Shown here piece after piece: positions 34,357-44,564 of a DNA stretch of 64,000 nucleotides. The position numbers and the translations under genes were made by a program. Position 1 is the first letter of the stretch; each line of letters starts with the position of its first letter. The notes under the pieces are model-generated. The model saw nothing but the letters and a program-made list of their open reading frames with translations, ran no database searches and was not told the origin of the DNA. Location: NCBI RefSeq assembly GCF_988242995.1, contig NZ_OZ547043.1; one strand, given 5' to 3'.

Positions 34357-34671
34357 ATGTTTAAAAAAGGCTTACTTGCTCTGACACTGGTGTTTTCACT
34401 GCCCGTTTTCGCCGCTGAACACTGGATCGATGTTCGTGTTCCAGAGCAGTATCAGCAAGAGCACGTTCAGGGGGCCATCAATATTCCCCTGAAGGAAGTA
34501 AAAGAGCGCATTGCCACCGCCGTTTCGGATAAAAACGACACCGTGAAAGTGTATTGCAATGCCGGACGCCAGTCAGGGCAGGCAAAAGAGATCCTTAGCG
34601 AGATGGGATATACTCACGTTGAGAACGCCGGTGGCCTGAAAGACATCGCAATGCCGAAGGTCAAAGGTTAA
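34357..34671 (+). CDS. pspE: Thiosulfate sulfurtransferase (rhodanese) PspE, 104 aa
   Basis: Signal peptide plus rhodanese active-site region (VKVYCNAGRQS). Confidence 0.9.
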   Translation: MFKKGLLALTLVFSLPVFAAEHWIDVRVPEQYQQEHVQGAINIPLKEVKERIATAVSDKNDTVKVYCNAGRQSGQAKEILSEMGYTHVENAGGLKDIAMPKVKG

Positions 34672-34713
34672 CAAATTACTTATTGAGCGGTGTAAACAAC
34701 GCCGCTTATTCAT

Positions 34714-34739
34714 TTGATAAATCAAAATTAACCCACATT
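34714..34739 (+). promoter_or_regulatory. Candidate sigma-32 (heat-shock) promoter of ycjX
   Basis: TTGATAA ... CCCACATT resembles the sigma-32 consensus (TTGAAA / CCCCATnT) ~50 bp upstream of ycjX; spacing approximate. Confidence 0.35.
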
Positions 34740-34789
34740 ATTATCTCCAGTATCTAATCCTTTCTACAGCTTTCTGGCACAGGACAGCA

Positions 34790-36187
34790 ATGAAGCGACT
34801 TAAAAATGAACTCAATGCGCTGGTGAATCGGGGTGTCGACAGACATCTGCGCCTCGCTGTAACCGGACTTAGCCGTAGCGGCAAAACAGCGTTTATCACC
34901 GCGATGGTTAATCAGTTGCTCAATATTCATGCCGGAGCACGTTTGCCGCTTTTAAGTGCGGTGCGTGAAGAGCGCCTGCTGGGCGTAAAACGCATTCCCC
35001 AGCGTGACTTTGGCATTCCGCGCTTCACCTATGATGAAGGACTGGCGCAGTTATATGGCGATCCTCCTGCCTGGCCGACGCCAACGCGCGGCGTCAGTGA
35101 AATCCGCCTGGCGCTACGTTTTAAATCGAACGATTCGCTGCTACGCCACTTCAAGGACACCTCCACGCTGTATCTGGAGATTGTGGATTATCCCGGCGAA
35201 TGGCTGCTCGATCTGCCGATGTTGGCGCAGGACTATTTAAGCTGGTCGCGCCAGATGACGGGCTTACTTAATGGTCAGCGCGGCGAATGGTCGGGGAAAT
35301 GGCGAATGATGTGCGAAGGGCTGGACCCGCTAGCGCCTGCCGACGAAAACCGGCTGGCAGACATTGCCGCTGCGTGGACCGATTATCTCCACCACTGTAA
35401 ACAGCAGGGGCTGCACTTTATTCAGCCAGGGCGCTTTGTCTTGCCGGGAGATATGGCAGGTGCGCCCGCGCTGCAATTCTTCCCGTGGCCGGATATCGAT
35501 GCCTGGGGCGAGTCCAAACTGGCGCAGGCCGATAAGCATACCAATGCCGGAATGCTGCGCGAGCGGTTTAATTATTACTGCGAGAAAGTGGTGAAGGGGT
35601 TCTATAAGAATCATTTTCTGCGCTTTGACCGCCAGATTGTGCTGGTGGATTGCCTGCAGCCTCTCAACAGTGGGCCACAGGCATTTAATGATATGCGTCT
35701 GGCGCTGACGCAGCTGATGCAAAGTTTCCACTACGGGCAGCGAACCCTGTTCCGGCGTTTGTTTTCGCCGGTTATCGATAAGCTATTGTTTGCTGCCACT
35801 AAAGCAGACCATGTGACCATCGATCAGCACGCCAATATGGTTTCATTACTGCAACAACTAATTCAGGATGCCTGGCAAAATGCGGCGTTCGAAGGGATCA
35901 GCATGGATTGCCTGGGGCTGGCGTCTGTTCAGGCGACCACCAGCGGAATTATTGATGTTAACGGTGAGAAAATCCCGGCGCTGCGCGGTAATCGACTCAG
36001 CGATGGCGCACCGCTCACTGTTTATCCTGGCGAAGTTCCCGCACGTTTGCCAGGTCAGGCGTTCTGGGATAAGCAAGGCTTCCAGTTTGAGGCGTTTCGT
36101 CCGCAGGTGATGGATGTCGACAAACCGCTGCCGCATATTCGTCTTGATGCTGCGCTGGAATTTTTAATAGGAGATAAATTGCGATGA
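34790..36187 (+). CDS. ycjX: YcjX, P-loop NTPase (DUF463), 465 aa
   Basis: Walker A GLSRSGKT; matches E. coli YcjX length. Confidence 0.88.
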   Translation: MKRLKNELNALVNRGVDRHLRLAVTGLSRSGKTAFITAMVNQLLNIHAGARLPLLSAVREERLLGVKRIPQRDFGIPRFTYDEGLAQLYGDPPAWPTPTRGVSEIRLALRFKSNDSLLRHFKDTSTLYLEIVDYPGEWLLDLPMLAQDYLSWSRQMTGLLNGQRGEWSGKWRMMCEGLDPLAPADENRLADIAAAWTDYLHHCKQQGLHFIQPGRFVLPGDMAGAPALQFFPWPDIDAWGESKLAQADKHTNAGMLRERFNYYCEKVVKGFYKNHFLRFDRQIVLVDCLQPLNSGPQAFNDMRLALTQLMQSFHYGQRTLFRRLFSPVIDKLLFAATKADHVTIDQHANMVSLLQQLIQDAWQNAAFEGISMDCLGLASVQATTSGIIDVNGEKIPALRGNRLSDGAPLTVYPGEVPARLPGQAFWDKQGFQFEAFRPQVMDVDKPLPHIRLDAALEFLIGDKLR

Positions 36188-37245
36188 CCGAACCGTTAAA
36201 ACCACGTATTGATTTCGACGGTCCACTGGAGGTTGATCAGAATCCAAAATTCAGGGCGCAACAGACCTTTGACGAAAATCAGGCGCAAAATTTTGCCCCG
36301 GCCACGCTCGACGAAGCGCAGGAAGAAGAGGGGCAAGTTGAAGCGGTGATGGACGCAGCGTTACGTCCGAAACGCAGCCTGTGGCGCAAAATGGTGATGG
36401 GCGGGTTGGCTCTGTTTGGCGCAAGCGTTGTCGGGCAGGGCGTGCAGTGGACAATGAACGCCTGGCAAACTCAGGATTGGGTAGCGCTGGGTGGATGTGC
36501 CGCTGGGGCATTGATTATCGGCGCTGGCGTAGGTTCTGTGGTAACAGAGTGGCGGCGCTTATGGCGCTTGCGACAGCGCGCCCATGAACGCGACGAAGCG
36601 CGCGATTTGTTGCACAGTCACGGTACGGGTAAAGGCCGCGCATTTTGCGAAAAACTGGCGCAGCAGGCGGGCATCGACCAGTCGCATCCGGCACTGCAAC
36701 GCTGGTATGCCTCAATCCATGAAACGCAAAACGATCGTGAAGTGGTCAGCCTGTATGCTCATCTGGTCCAGCCGGTTTTAGATGCCCAGGCGCGGCGCGA
36801 AATCAGCCGTTCGGCGGCGGAATCAACGTTGATGATTGCGGTCAGCCCGCTGGCGCTGGTGGATATGGCATTTATCGCCTGGCGCAATCTGCGTTTGATC
36901 AATCGCATCGCCACGCTGTATGGCATTGAACTGGGATATTACAGCCGTTTGCGCCTGTTTAAGCTGGTATTGCTGAATATCGCTTTCGCCGGAGCCAGCG
37001 AACTGGTGCGCGAAGTGGGGATGGACTGGATGTCGCAAGATCTCGCTGCGCGTTTGTCTACCCGGGCAGCTCAGGGGATTGGTGCAGGACTTCTGACGGC
37101 ACGACTGGGGATTAAAGCTATGGAGCTTTGCCGCCCTCTGCCGTGGATTGACGATGACAAACCTCGCCTCGGGGATTTCCGTCGTCAGCTTATCGGTCAG
37201 GTGAAAGAGACGCTGCAAAAAGGCAAAACGCCCAGCGAAAAATAA
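36184..37245 (+). CDS. ycjF: YcjF, inner-membrane protein (UPF0283), 353 aa
   Basis: Start overlaps the ycjX stop; membrane protein of the ycjXF pair. Confidence 0.88.
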   Translation: MTEPLKPRIDFDGPLEVDQNPKFRAQQTFDENQAQNFAPATLDEAQEEEGQVEAVMDAALRPKRSLWRKMVMGGLALFGASVVGQGVQWTMNAWQTQDWVALGGCAAGALIIGAGVGSVVTEWRRLWRLRQRAHERDEARDLLHSHGTGKGRAFCEKLAQQAGIDQSHPALQRWYASIHETQNDREVVSLYAHLVQPVLDAQARREISRSAAESTLMIAVSPLALVDMAFIAWRNLRLINRIATLYGIELGYYSRLRLFKLVLLNIAFAGASELVREVGMDWMSQDLAARLSTRAAQGIGAGLLTARLGIKAMELCRPLPWIDDDKPRLGDFRRQLIGQVKETLQKGKTPSEK

Positions 37246-37304
37246 TGCAATATCGGGTGCTGACCGGATATCTTTACGCCGAAGTGCCCGTTTTTCCGTC
37301 TTTG

Positions 37305-37322
37305 TGTCAATGATTGTTGACA
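37305..37322 (+). promoter_or_regulatory. TyrR box (TGTCAA-N6-TTGACA) in the tyrR promoter
   Basis: Near-consensus TyrR box palindrome ~70 bp upstream of the tyrR ATG. Confidence 0.6.
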
Positions 37323-37392
37323 GAAACCTTCCTGCTATCCAAATAGTGTCATATCATCATATTAATTGTTCTTTTTTCAGGTGAAGGTTCCC

Positions 37393-38934
37393 ATGCGTCT
37401 GGAAGTCTTTTGTGAAGACCGACTCGGTCTGACCCGCGAATTACTCGATCTACTCGTGCTAAGAGGCATTGATTTACGCGGTATTGAGATTGACCCCATT
37501 GGGCGAATCTACCTCAATTTTGCTGAACTGGAGTTTGAGAGTTTCAGCAGTCTGATGGCCGAAATACGCCGTATTGCAGGTGTTACCGATGTCCGTACTG
37601 TCCCGTGGATGCCTTCTGAACGTGAGCATCTGGCGTTGAGCGCGTTACTGGAAGCGTTGCCTGAACCTGTGCTCTCTGTCGATATGAAAAGCAAAGTGGA
37701 TATGGCGAACCCGGCGAGCTGTCAGCTTTTTGGGCAAAAATTGGATCGCCTGCGCAACCATACCGCCGCGCAATTGATTAACGGCTTTAATTTTTTGCGT
37801 TGGCTGGAAAGCGAACCGCAGGATTCGCATAACGAGCATGTCGTTATTAATGGGCAGAATTTCCTGATGGAGATTACGCCTGTTTATCTTCAGGATGAAA
37901 ATGATCAACACGTCCTGACCGGTGCGGTGGTGATGTTGCGATCAACGATTCGTATGGGTCGTCAGTTGCAAAATGTCGCCGCCCAGGACGTCAGCGCCTT
38001 TAGTCAAATTGTCGCCGTCAGCCCGAAAATGAAGCATGTTGTCGAACAGGCGCAGAAACTGGCGATGCTAAGCGCGCCATTGCTGATAACCGGTGATACC
38101 GGCACCGGAAAAGATCTCTTTGCGTATGCCTGTCATCAGGCAAGCCCACGCGCGGGCAAACCCTATCTGGCGCTGAACTGTGCTTCTATCCCGGAAGATG
38201 CGGTCGAGAGTGAACTGTTTGGTCATGCTCCGGAAGGGAAGAAAGGGTTCTTTGAGCAGGCGAACGGTGGTTCGGTACTGCTGGATGAAATAGGTGAGAT
38301 GTCACCACGGATGCAGGCGAAATTACTGCGTTTCCTTAATGATGGCACTTTCCGTCGGGTTGGCGAAGACCATGAGGTGCATGTCGATGTGCGGGTGATT
38401 TGCGCTACGCAGAAGAATCTGGTCGAACTGGTGCAAAAAGGCGTGTTCCGTGAAGATCTCTATTATCGTCTGAACGTGTTGACGCTCAATCTGCCGCCGC
38501 TACGTGACTGTCCGCAGGACATCATGCCTTTAACCGAGCTGTTCGTCGCCCGCTTTGCCGACGAGCAGGGCGTGCCGCGTCCGAAACTGGCCGCTGACCT
38601 GAATACTGTACTTACGCGTTATGCGTGGCCGGGAAATGTGCGGCAGTTAAAGAACGCTATTTATCGCGCACTAACACAACTGGACGGTTATGAGCTGCGT
38701 CCTCAGGATATTTTGTTGCCGGATTATGACGCCGCAACGGTAGCCGTGGGCGAAGATGCGATGGAAGGTTCGCTGGACGAAATCACCAGCCGTTTTGAAC
38801 GCTCGGTATTAACCCAGCTTTATCGCAATTATCCCAGCACGCGCAAACTGGCAAAACGTCTCGGCGTTTCGCATACCGCGATTGCCAATAAGTTGCGGGA
38901 ATATGGTCTGAGTCAGAAGAAGAACGAAGAGTAA
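37393..38934 (+). CDS. tyrR: Transcriptional regulator TyrR, 513 aa
   Basis: Start MRLEVFCEDRLGLTRELLDLLVLRGIDLRGIEIDPIGRIYLNF; AAA+ domain with C-terminal HTH. Confidence 0.93.
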   Translation: MRLEVFCEDRLGLTRELLDLLVLRGIDLRGIEIDPIGRIYLNFAELEFESFSSLMAEIRRIAGVTDVRTVPWMPSEREHLALSALLEALPEPVLSVDMKSKVDMANPASCQLFGQKLDRLRNHTAAQLINGFNFLRWLESEPQDSHNEHVVINGQNFLMEITPVYLQDENDQHVLTGAVVMLRSTIRMGRQLQNVAAQDVSAFSQIVAVSPKMKHVVEQAQKLAMLSAPLLITGDTGTGKDLFAYACHQASPRAGKPYLALNCASIPEDAVESELFGHAPEGKKGFFEQANGGSVLLDEIGEMSPRMQAKLLRFLNDGTFRRVGEDHEVHVDVRVICATQKNLVELVQKGVFREDLYYRLNVLTLNLPPLRDCPQDIMPLTELFVARFADEQGVPRPKLAADLNTVLTRYAWPGNVRQLKNAIYRALTQLDGYELRPQDILLPDYDAATVAVGEDAMEGSLDEITSRFERSVLTQLYRNYPSTRKLAKRLGVSHTAIANKLREYGLSQKKNEE

Positions 38935-38940
38935 GCGCGA

Positions 38941-38973
38941 ATATGCCTGATGGTGCAACACCATCAGGCATAT
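38941..38973. terminator. Bidirectional terminator hairpin between tyrR and tpx
   Basis: ATATGCCTGATGGTG-caa-CACCATCAGGCATAT perfect 15-bp arms between convergent stops. Confidence 0.6.
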
Positions 38974-38977
38974 TAAC

Positions 38978-39484
38978 TTATGCTTTCAGTACAGCCAGAG
39001 CTGCTTCGTAATCCGGCTCGGTGGTGATTTCATCCACCAGTTGGCTGAAAATCACATTGTCATTTTCATCAATAACCACAACGGCACGCGCTGCCAGACC
39101 TTTCAGTGGGCCATCAGCAATTGCCACACCGTAGGCTTGCAGGAATTCAGCGTTACGGAAAGTGGAGAGGGTGATAACGTTGTTCAGACCTTCTGCGCCG
39201 CAGAAACGAGACTGGGCGAACGGCAGATCGGCAGAAATACACAGCACAACGGTGTTGTCGATCTCGGTTGCCAGTTGGTTAAACTTACGTACTGATGCGG
39301 CGCAAACACCGGTATCAATACTCGGGAAAATGTTCAGCACTTTGCGTTTACCCGCAAACTGACCGAGGGTGACGTCAGACAGATCTTTTGCCACGAGAGT
39401 AAAAGTCTGCGCTTTGCTACCCGCCTGCGGGATGGAATTGGCGACTGTAACCGGGTTGCCCTGGAAATGAACGGTTTGTGACAT
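38978..39484 (-). CDS. tpx: Thiol peroxidase Tpx, 168 aa
   Basis: [70 protein letters not shown] recognised as Tpx. Confidence 0.93.
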   Translation of the reverse strand: MSQTVHFQGNPVTVANSIPQAGSKAQTFTLVAKDLSDVTLGQFAGKRKVLNIFPSIDTGVCAASVRKFNQLATEIDNTVVLCISADLPFAQSRFCGAEGLNNVITLSTFRNAEFLQAYGVAIADGPLKGLAARAVVVIDENDNVIFSQLVDEITTEPDYEAALAVLKA

Positions 39485-39592
39485 GATTATCTTTCCTGTT
39501 TACATATAGTTAACGTCACACCTAGTTTATGCTAACTGTCAATAACACAGCAAACGCTATTTGCGCTTAATCCGCAGACCACCGCGACAACA

Positions 39593-40542
<950 letters not shown>

Positions 40543-40568
<26 letters not shown>

Positions 40569-41271
40569 GATGCCAGCGCAGCAAGTTTGCCATCGCAAAG
40601 AGATATTTTTCGCTGGCTTCGTCGGAGGAGATGGGGGGAAACTCTGCGGTGATGCAATGCAGGTTGAGATCCGCACACCAACTACCGAAAGAGCCAGGTG
40701 TTTCATAACCGACGCTGGTTACCAGAGGCAATTCAAACGCCTGGGCCAGCCATTCGCCTAATTCGCTGTGTCTGGGATCTTCAATACAGGCCAGCGGATC
40801 GTGGAATGAGACCACCCAGGCGGGTTGAATGCGGTGTATAAGCTGGCACAGCGCCTGGGTTTCAGGTTCAGAGCCAGGTTTGTCACCTGTCAGCAATACG
40901 ACATCACGTTCTTCAGCGGCGCTGTTCCAGCGATAAACGGTTTCACCTTCCTTCCAGTTCGCCGCCGGAAAGTTTCTGTTTAAATCCACACCATTAGCAT
41001 TGGCCCGTAACCCCAACTGGCAGCCGTCAGGATTCACACACAGCACCACATGATGGCGGCGCAAAGACGGTGTCAAAGTCCGCAGAGCACAGGAGAGCGT
41101 GACGACCGAAGAGTTTTCATCACCGTGAGTGCCAGCCAGAATCAAACCACTTTCGCGGCTGGCTGCAGGGGCCGGAAACCAGATTAACGGCGCGCCCAAT
41201 AATGAACGTCCGTAATGTTCTGTTCCGGGCGGAAATGCGCCGCGTTCGGCGCGTGGGCGAGTTACGGTCAT
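40543..41271 (-). CDS. mpaA: Murein peptide amidase A (gamma-D-Glu-Dap amidase), 242 aa
   Basis: Zinc carboxypeptidase-like; start MTVTRPRAERG; 3' end overlaps ycjG by 26 bp. Confidence 0.88.
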
Positions 41272-41516
41272 GATCGTCTCTGGTTCAGGAAGTATTACAG
41301 GCAGTGTTGTGCAAATTTTGCGGATTATCAAATCCTTTTCTTCAACGCTATGTCATCGATCTTGTATCACCTTTTTGCCGGAAGTTGTTTGCATTTTCAT
41401 TGATGGTCAGATATTAGAATTGTCGTAATGTTATATACATGGCGTATTTTATTCTTACTGGTTCTACACATGTTAATCGCATCTGATTGATCAGTTCACC
41501 TTAATAAGTTTAATAA

Positions 41517-41543
41517 ATCGTACTGCACATAGTACAGTACGAT
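41517..41543 (-). terminator. Candidate terminator of the ymjC-like gene
   Basis: 9-bp perfect stem ATCGTACTG/CAGTACGAT with 9-nt loop, followed on the minus strand by UUAUUAAAC. Confidence 0.4.
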
Positions 41544-41561
41544 GGTAGCTATATAATTGAT

Positions 41562-42200
41562 TTACATGAAGAATGGCTTGTCGCCATCAGTCCCGGGTTG
41601 ATTGATTCCTATATTCTCACCAATGTGTTTCTCAGGTTTATCGATGATATCTGTAATTAATGCTGCGACACTCTTACGTGATACGATCGTACCTTTGAAT
41701 GGTTCATTGCGTGAGGTAAGCTCATAATCAATAATATCTTCATCGGTCAGCCAGGCAGGGCGAAGAATTGTATATTCCAGTCCAGAAGCCTCAATTGCAT
41801 CCGCAGCCCTGCGGAATGGTTTTAGGGGTTCACCAATAACTGCATTATTCCATTCGCCAAATTTTCCTGGAACTTCATCATAAATACCGAGGGAAAGAAC
41901 AAAGATCAGACGTTTAACATCACAGGCTTTCATCGCAGCGATCACTGAATTTGCCTGAATATCTAAATCTTCCCCCGTAAGGTTGGCATACACAACATCC
42001 TGTCCCTGCATGGCCTGCTTCAGTGCTGCATGATTCAGTACATCCCCCATAATAATCTTGCTATTAGTGGGATAGGGTTTGTGGATTTTTGCTGGCTGAC
42101 GGGCAAATAAAGTTTGTTTAATGGTTTGTTTATCTGCCAGTTGATTAATCACATGGCGGGCTATCTGACCGCCAGCACCAAGAATCAGTACATTTTTCAT
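41562..42200 (-). CDS. ymjC: NAD(P)-binding (NmrA/atypical SDR-like) oxidoreductase, 212 aa; intact counterpart of K-12 ymjC
   Basis: Rossmann motif LILGAGGQIA near the N-terminus; full-length ORF between mpaA and ycjY. Confidence 0.65.
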   Translation of the reverse strand: MKNVLILGAGGQIARHVINQLADKQTIKQTLFARQPAKIHKPYPTNSKIIMGDVLNHAALKQAMQGQDVVYANLTGEDLDIQANSVIAAMKACDVKRLIFVLSLGIYDEVPGKFGEWNNAVIGEPLKPFRRAADAIEASGLEYTILRPAWLTDEDIIDYELTSRNEPFKGTIVSRKSVAALITDIIDKPEKHIGENIGINQPGTDGDKPFFM

Positions 42201-42270
42201 GAAACTTTTCCCAGATTATTGGCAGCAATATGCCAGGCCATATCACTATTACGGATTTGAATATGTTTCA

Positions 42271-43191
42271 TTACAGAGTTTCCTCAAAGAACGGAGCTAA
42301 TACTGAAATTGCTTCAGCCACATAGACTTTGCCGTCATAAAGATCCATATGGTTTGCGCCTTCAACAATGTGATAGCGTTTATCCTGGCTTGATGCTCGA
42401 TCGTACAGGTCGTCACTCATCCATTTGCTCCCAGCCTGGCTGCCCGCCACAATCTGTATCGGCTGAGTCAGGTACACTTCCGCCATATGGTAAGCATCAT
42501 AGGTAATAATCTGGTTAAGGCTGCGCAAAGTAGCGTAACCCGGTGCTGTTGGGTACTGCGCGCGAGGGGTGTGGTAATACTCCCAGGCCTGACGCAGTTC
42601 TTCGTTCGGCGCATCGGACTCCTTCATTGGTGCCAGTGGCATAGTGGCGTATTCTCCGCTGCTAATATCGCTGGTTCGGGCGTTTGAACCCGCGTCAACG
42701 TATGGTAGGGCATCAATAGATTTCACATTGTTTTCCCAACCATTACGGAACATCGAACCAATATTGACCGCACTAACAGTACCGATGGCCTTGATGCGGC
42801 GATCCTGAATTGCAGCATTGGCTGTATATCCTGCACCGGCACAAATTCCCATCGCACCAATTCGGCTATTGTCGACATAAGAAAGCGTTGTCAGGTAATC
42901 AATCACGGCACTGACGTCTTCAGTACGAATGTATGGGTTTTCTAACTGACGCGGCTCGCCGCCGCTTTCACCTTGATAAGATGCGTCATAAGCAATAGTG
43001 ACAAATCCCTTTTCCGCCAGTTTTTCGGCATAGGTTCCGGCCGTTTGCTCTTTAACGCCCCCACCTGGGTGAGATACCACAATTGCCGGATACTGACGGG
43101 TTTCATCAAATTTTGGAGGGAAATAGATCACTGCAGACAAAGAGATGGTTGGATTATTGCTGTTAGTGAAGCTGACTTTATTATTCATCAT
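42271..43191 (-). CDS. ycjY: YcjY, alpha/beta hydrolase (dienelactone hydrolase/S9-like), ~306 aa
   Basis: Hydrolase fold with GICAGAG nucleophile elbow; start approximate (ORF extends to 43203). Confidence 0.8.
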   Translation of the reverse strand: MMNNKVSFTNSNNPTISLSAVIYFPPKFDETRQYPAIVVSHPGGGVKEQTAGTYAEKLAEKGFVTIAYDASYQGESGGEPRQLENPYIRTEDVSAVIDYLTTLSYVDNSRIGAMGICAGAGYTANAAIQDRRIKAIGTVSAVNIGSMFRNGWENNVKSIDALPYVDAGSNARTSDISSGEYATMPLAPMKESDAPNEELRQAWEYYHTPRAQYPTAPGYATLRSLNQIITYDAYHMAEVYLTQPIQIVAGSQAGSKWMSDDLYDRASSQDKRYHIVEGANHMDLYDGKVYVAEAISVLAPFFEETL

Positions 43192-43328
43192 TCCGTTCCT
43201 CATGGAGTTGTCGGTTCGTTTTAACGGTTGGTGATATCACTATAGATATTGATCATTAAGTTGATTAGACCCAAAATCATGATTAGACCTATCATTTAAA
43301 TGATTAATAGATTGTATGGAGATACTGA

Positions 43329-44228
43329 ATGAAGCGTGAAGAAATCGCTGATCTGATGGCGTTTGTCGTCGTTGCAGAGGAGCGTAGCTTCACTCGCGCA
43401 GCAGCCCGCCTGAGCATGGCGCAGTCAGCTTTAAGCCAGATAGTGCGCCGTATAGAAGAACGATTGGGATTGCGGCTTCTGACGCGAACCACGCGCAGCG
43501 TTGTACCCACTGAAGCGGGCGAGCATCTTTTGTCTGTTCTTGGCCCTATGTTGCATGACATAGATTCTGCCCTGACATCCCTGAGCGATCTGCAGAACCG
43601 CCCATCCGGGACAATACGTATTACTACTGTAGAACATGCAGCAAAAACGATATTGTTACCAGCTATGCGCACATTCCTGAAATCGCATCCTGAAATTGAT
43701 ATCCAGCTTACCATTGATTATGGTTTGACCGATGTCGTTTCTGAACGTTTTGATGCAGGCGTCCGTCTGGGTGGGGAGATGGATAAAGATATGATCGCCA
43801 TTCGAATCGGGCCAGATATACCAATGGCTATTGTTGGCTCACCGGATTATTTTTCTCGTCGAAGTGCTCCAACGTCAGTGTCACAATTAATAGATCATCA
43901 GGCAATTAATTTGTATCTTCCCACATCGGGTACAGCAAATCGCTGGAGATTAATACGCGGTGGACGTGAAGTTCGTGTTCGCATGGAAGGTCAGCTTTTA
44001 CTGAATACGATAGACCTGATCATTGATGCTGCAATTGATGGGCATGGATTGGCGTATCTACCTTATGATCAGGTTGAGCGGGCTATTAAAGAAAAAAAAC
44101 TGATACGTGTTTTGGATAAATTCACACCAGATTTACCCGGTTATCACCTGTACTATCCACACCGTCGACATGCTGGCTCGGCATTCTCATTATTTATAGA
44201 TAGGCTGAAGTATAAAGGTGCTGTTTAG
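43329..44228 (+). CDS. pgrR: LysR-type regulator PgrR (YcjZ), 299 aa
   Basis: LysR HTH (FTRAAARLSMAQSALSQIVRRIEERLGLRLLTR); divergent from ycjY. Confidence 0.88.
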   Translation: MKREEIADLMAFVVVAEERSFTRAAARLSMAQSALSQIVRRIEERLGLRLLTRTTRSVVPTEAGEHLLSVLGPMLHDIDSALTSLSDLQNRPSGTIRITTVEHAAKTILLPAMRTFLKSHPEIDIQLTIDYGLTDVVSERFDAGVRLGGEMDKDMIAIRIGPDIPMAIVGSPDYFSRRSAPTSVSQLIDHQAINLYLPTSGTANRWRLIRGGREVRVRMEGQLLLNTIDLIIDAAIDGHGLAYLPYDQVERAIKEKKLIRVLDKFTPDLPGYHLYYPHRRHAGSAFSLFIDRLKYKGAV

Positions 44229-44564
44229 CACTACTTGCTGATACATTAATTTAATTCTTCTCTTAACGTATTCTCAGTTCCTTTCAACGTTTTGGTCATT
44301 TTTTATTCTTCGTACAATGGCGACAGATGCTGATTATGATACCGAAAACGGGTTTGAACGTGCGAAGCCCGAACGTAGTGTTCGGAGTTCTATGTGCTTT
44401 ACCGCATTTTGGAGACTATTATTTACACTAAATCTGATTTGATATATTGATACTTAAAACATTTGATGCTTCCTTTGTCACTTTTTTGATGGAAGTTGTT
44501 TGCATTTCTTTAAGGCGAAACAAATAATTACGCATCAATTTTAATGTCGGTTAGAGGGAAACTT

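Noticed and set aside
34714-34725. FNR-like palindrome TTGATAAATCAA
   Set aside because: Half-sites are separated by 2 bp, not the required 4 bp; the overlap with the putative sigma-32 -35 element is more plausible.
34770-34786. Sigma-54-like TGGCAC motif just before the ycjX start codon
   Set aside because: The -12 element is absent (AGCAA), the GG-GC spacing is off by one, and it ends 4 nt before the ATG, leaving no room for a leader or ribosome-binding site.
41517-41543. LexA-box-like palindrome (TACTGCACATAGTACAGTA)
   Set aside because: CTG-N9-CAG spacing is one base short of the LexA consensus and the centre is not AT-rich; better explained as the ymjC terminator stem.
44338-44463. 41-codon ORF (MATDADYDTENGFERAKPERSVRSS...) in the pgrR-mppA gap
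   Set aside because: No Shine-Dalgarno and no recognisable features; insufficient evidence for a small protein.
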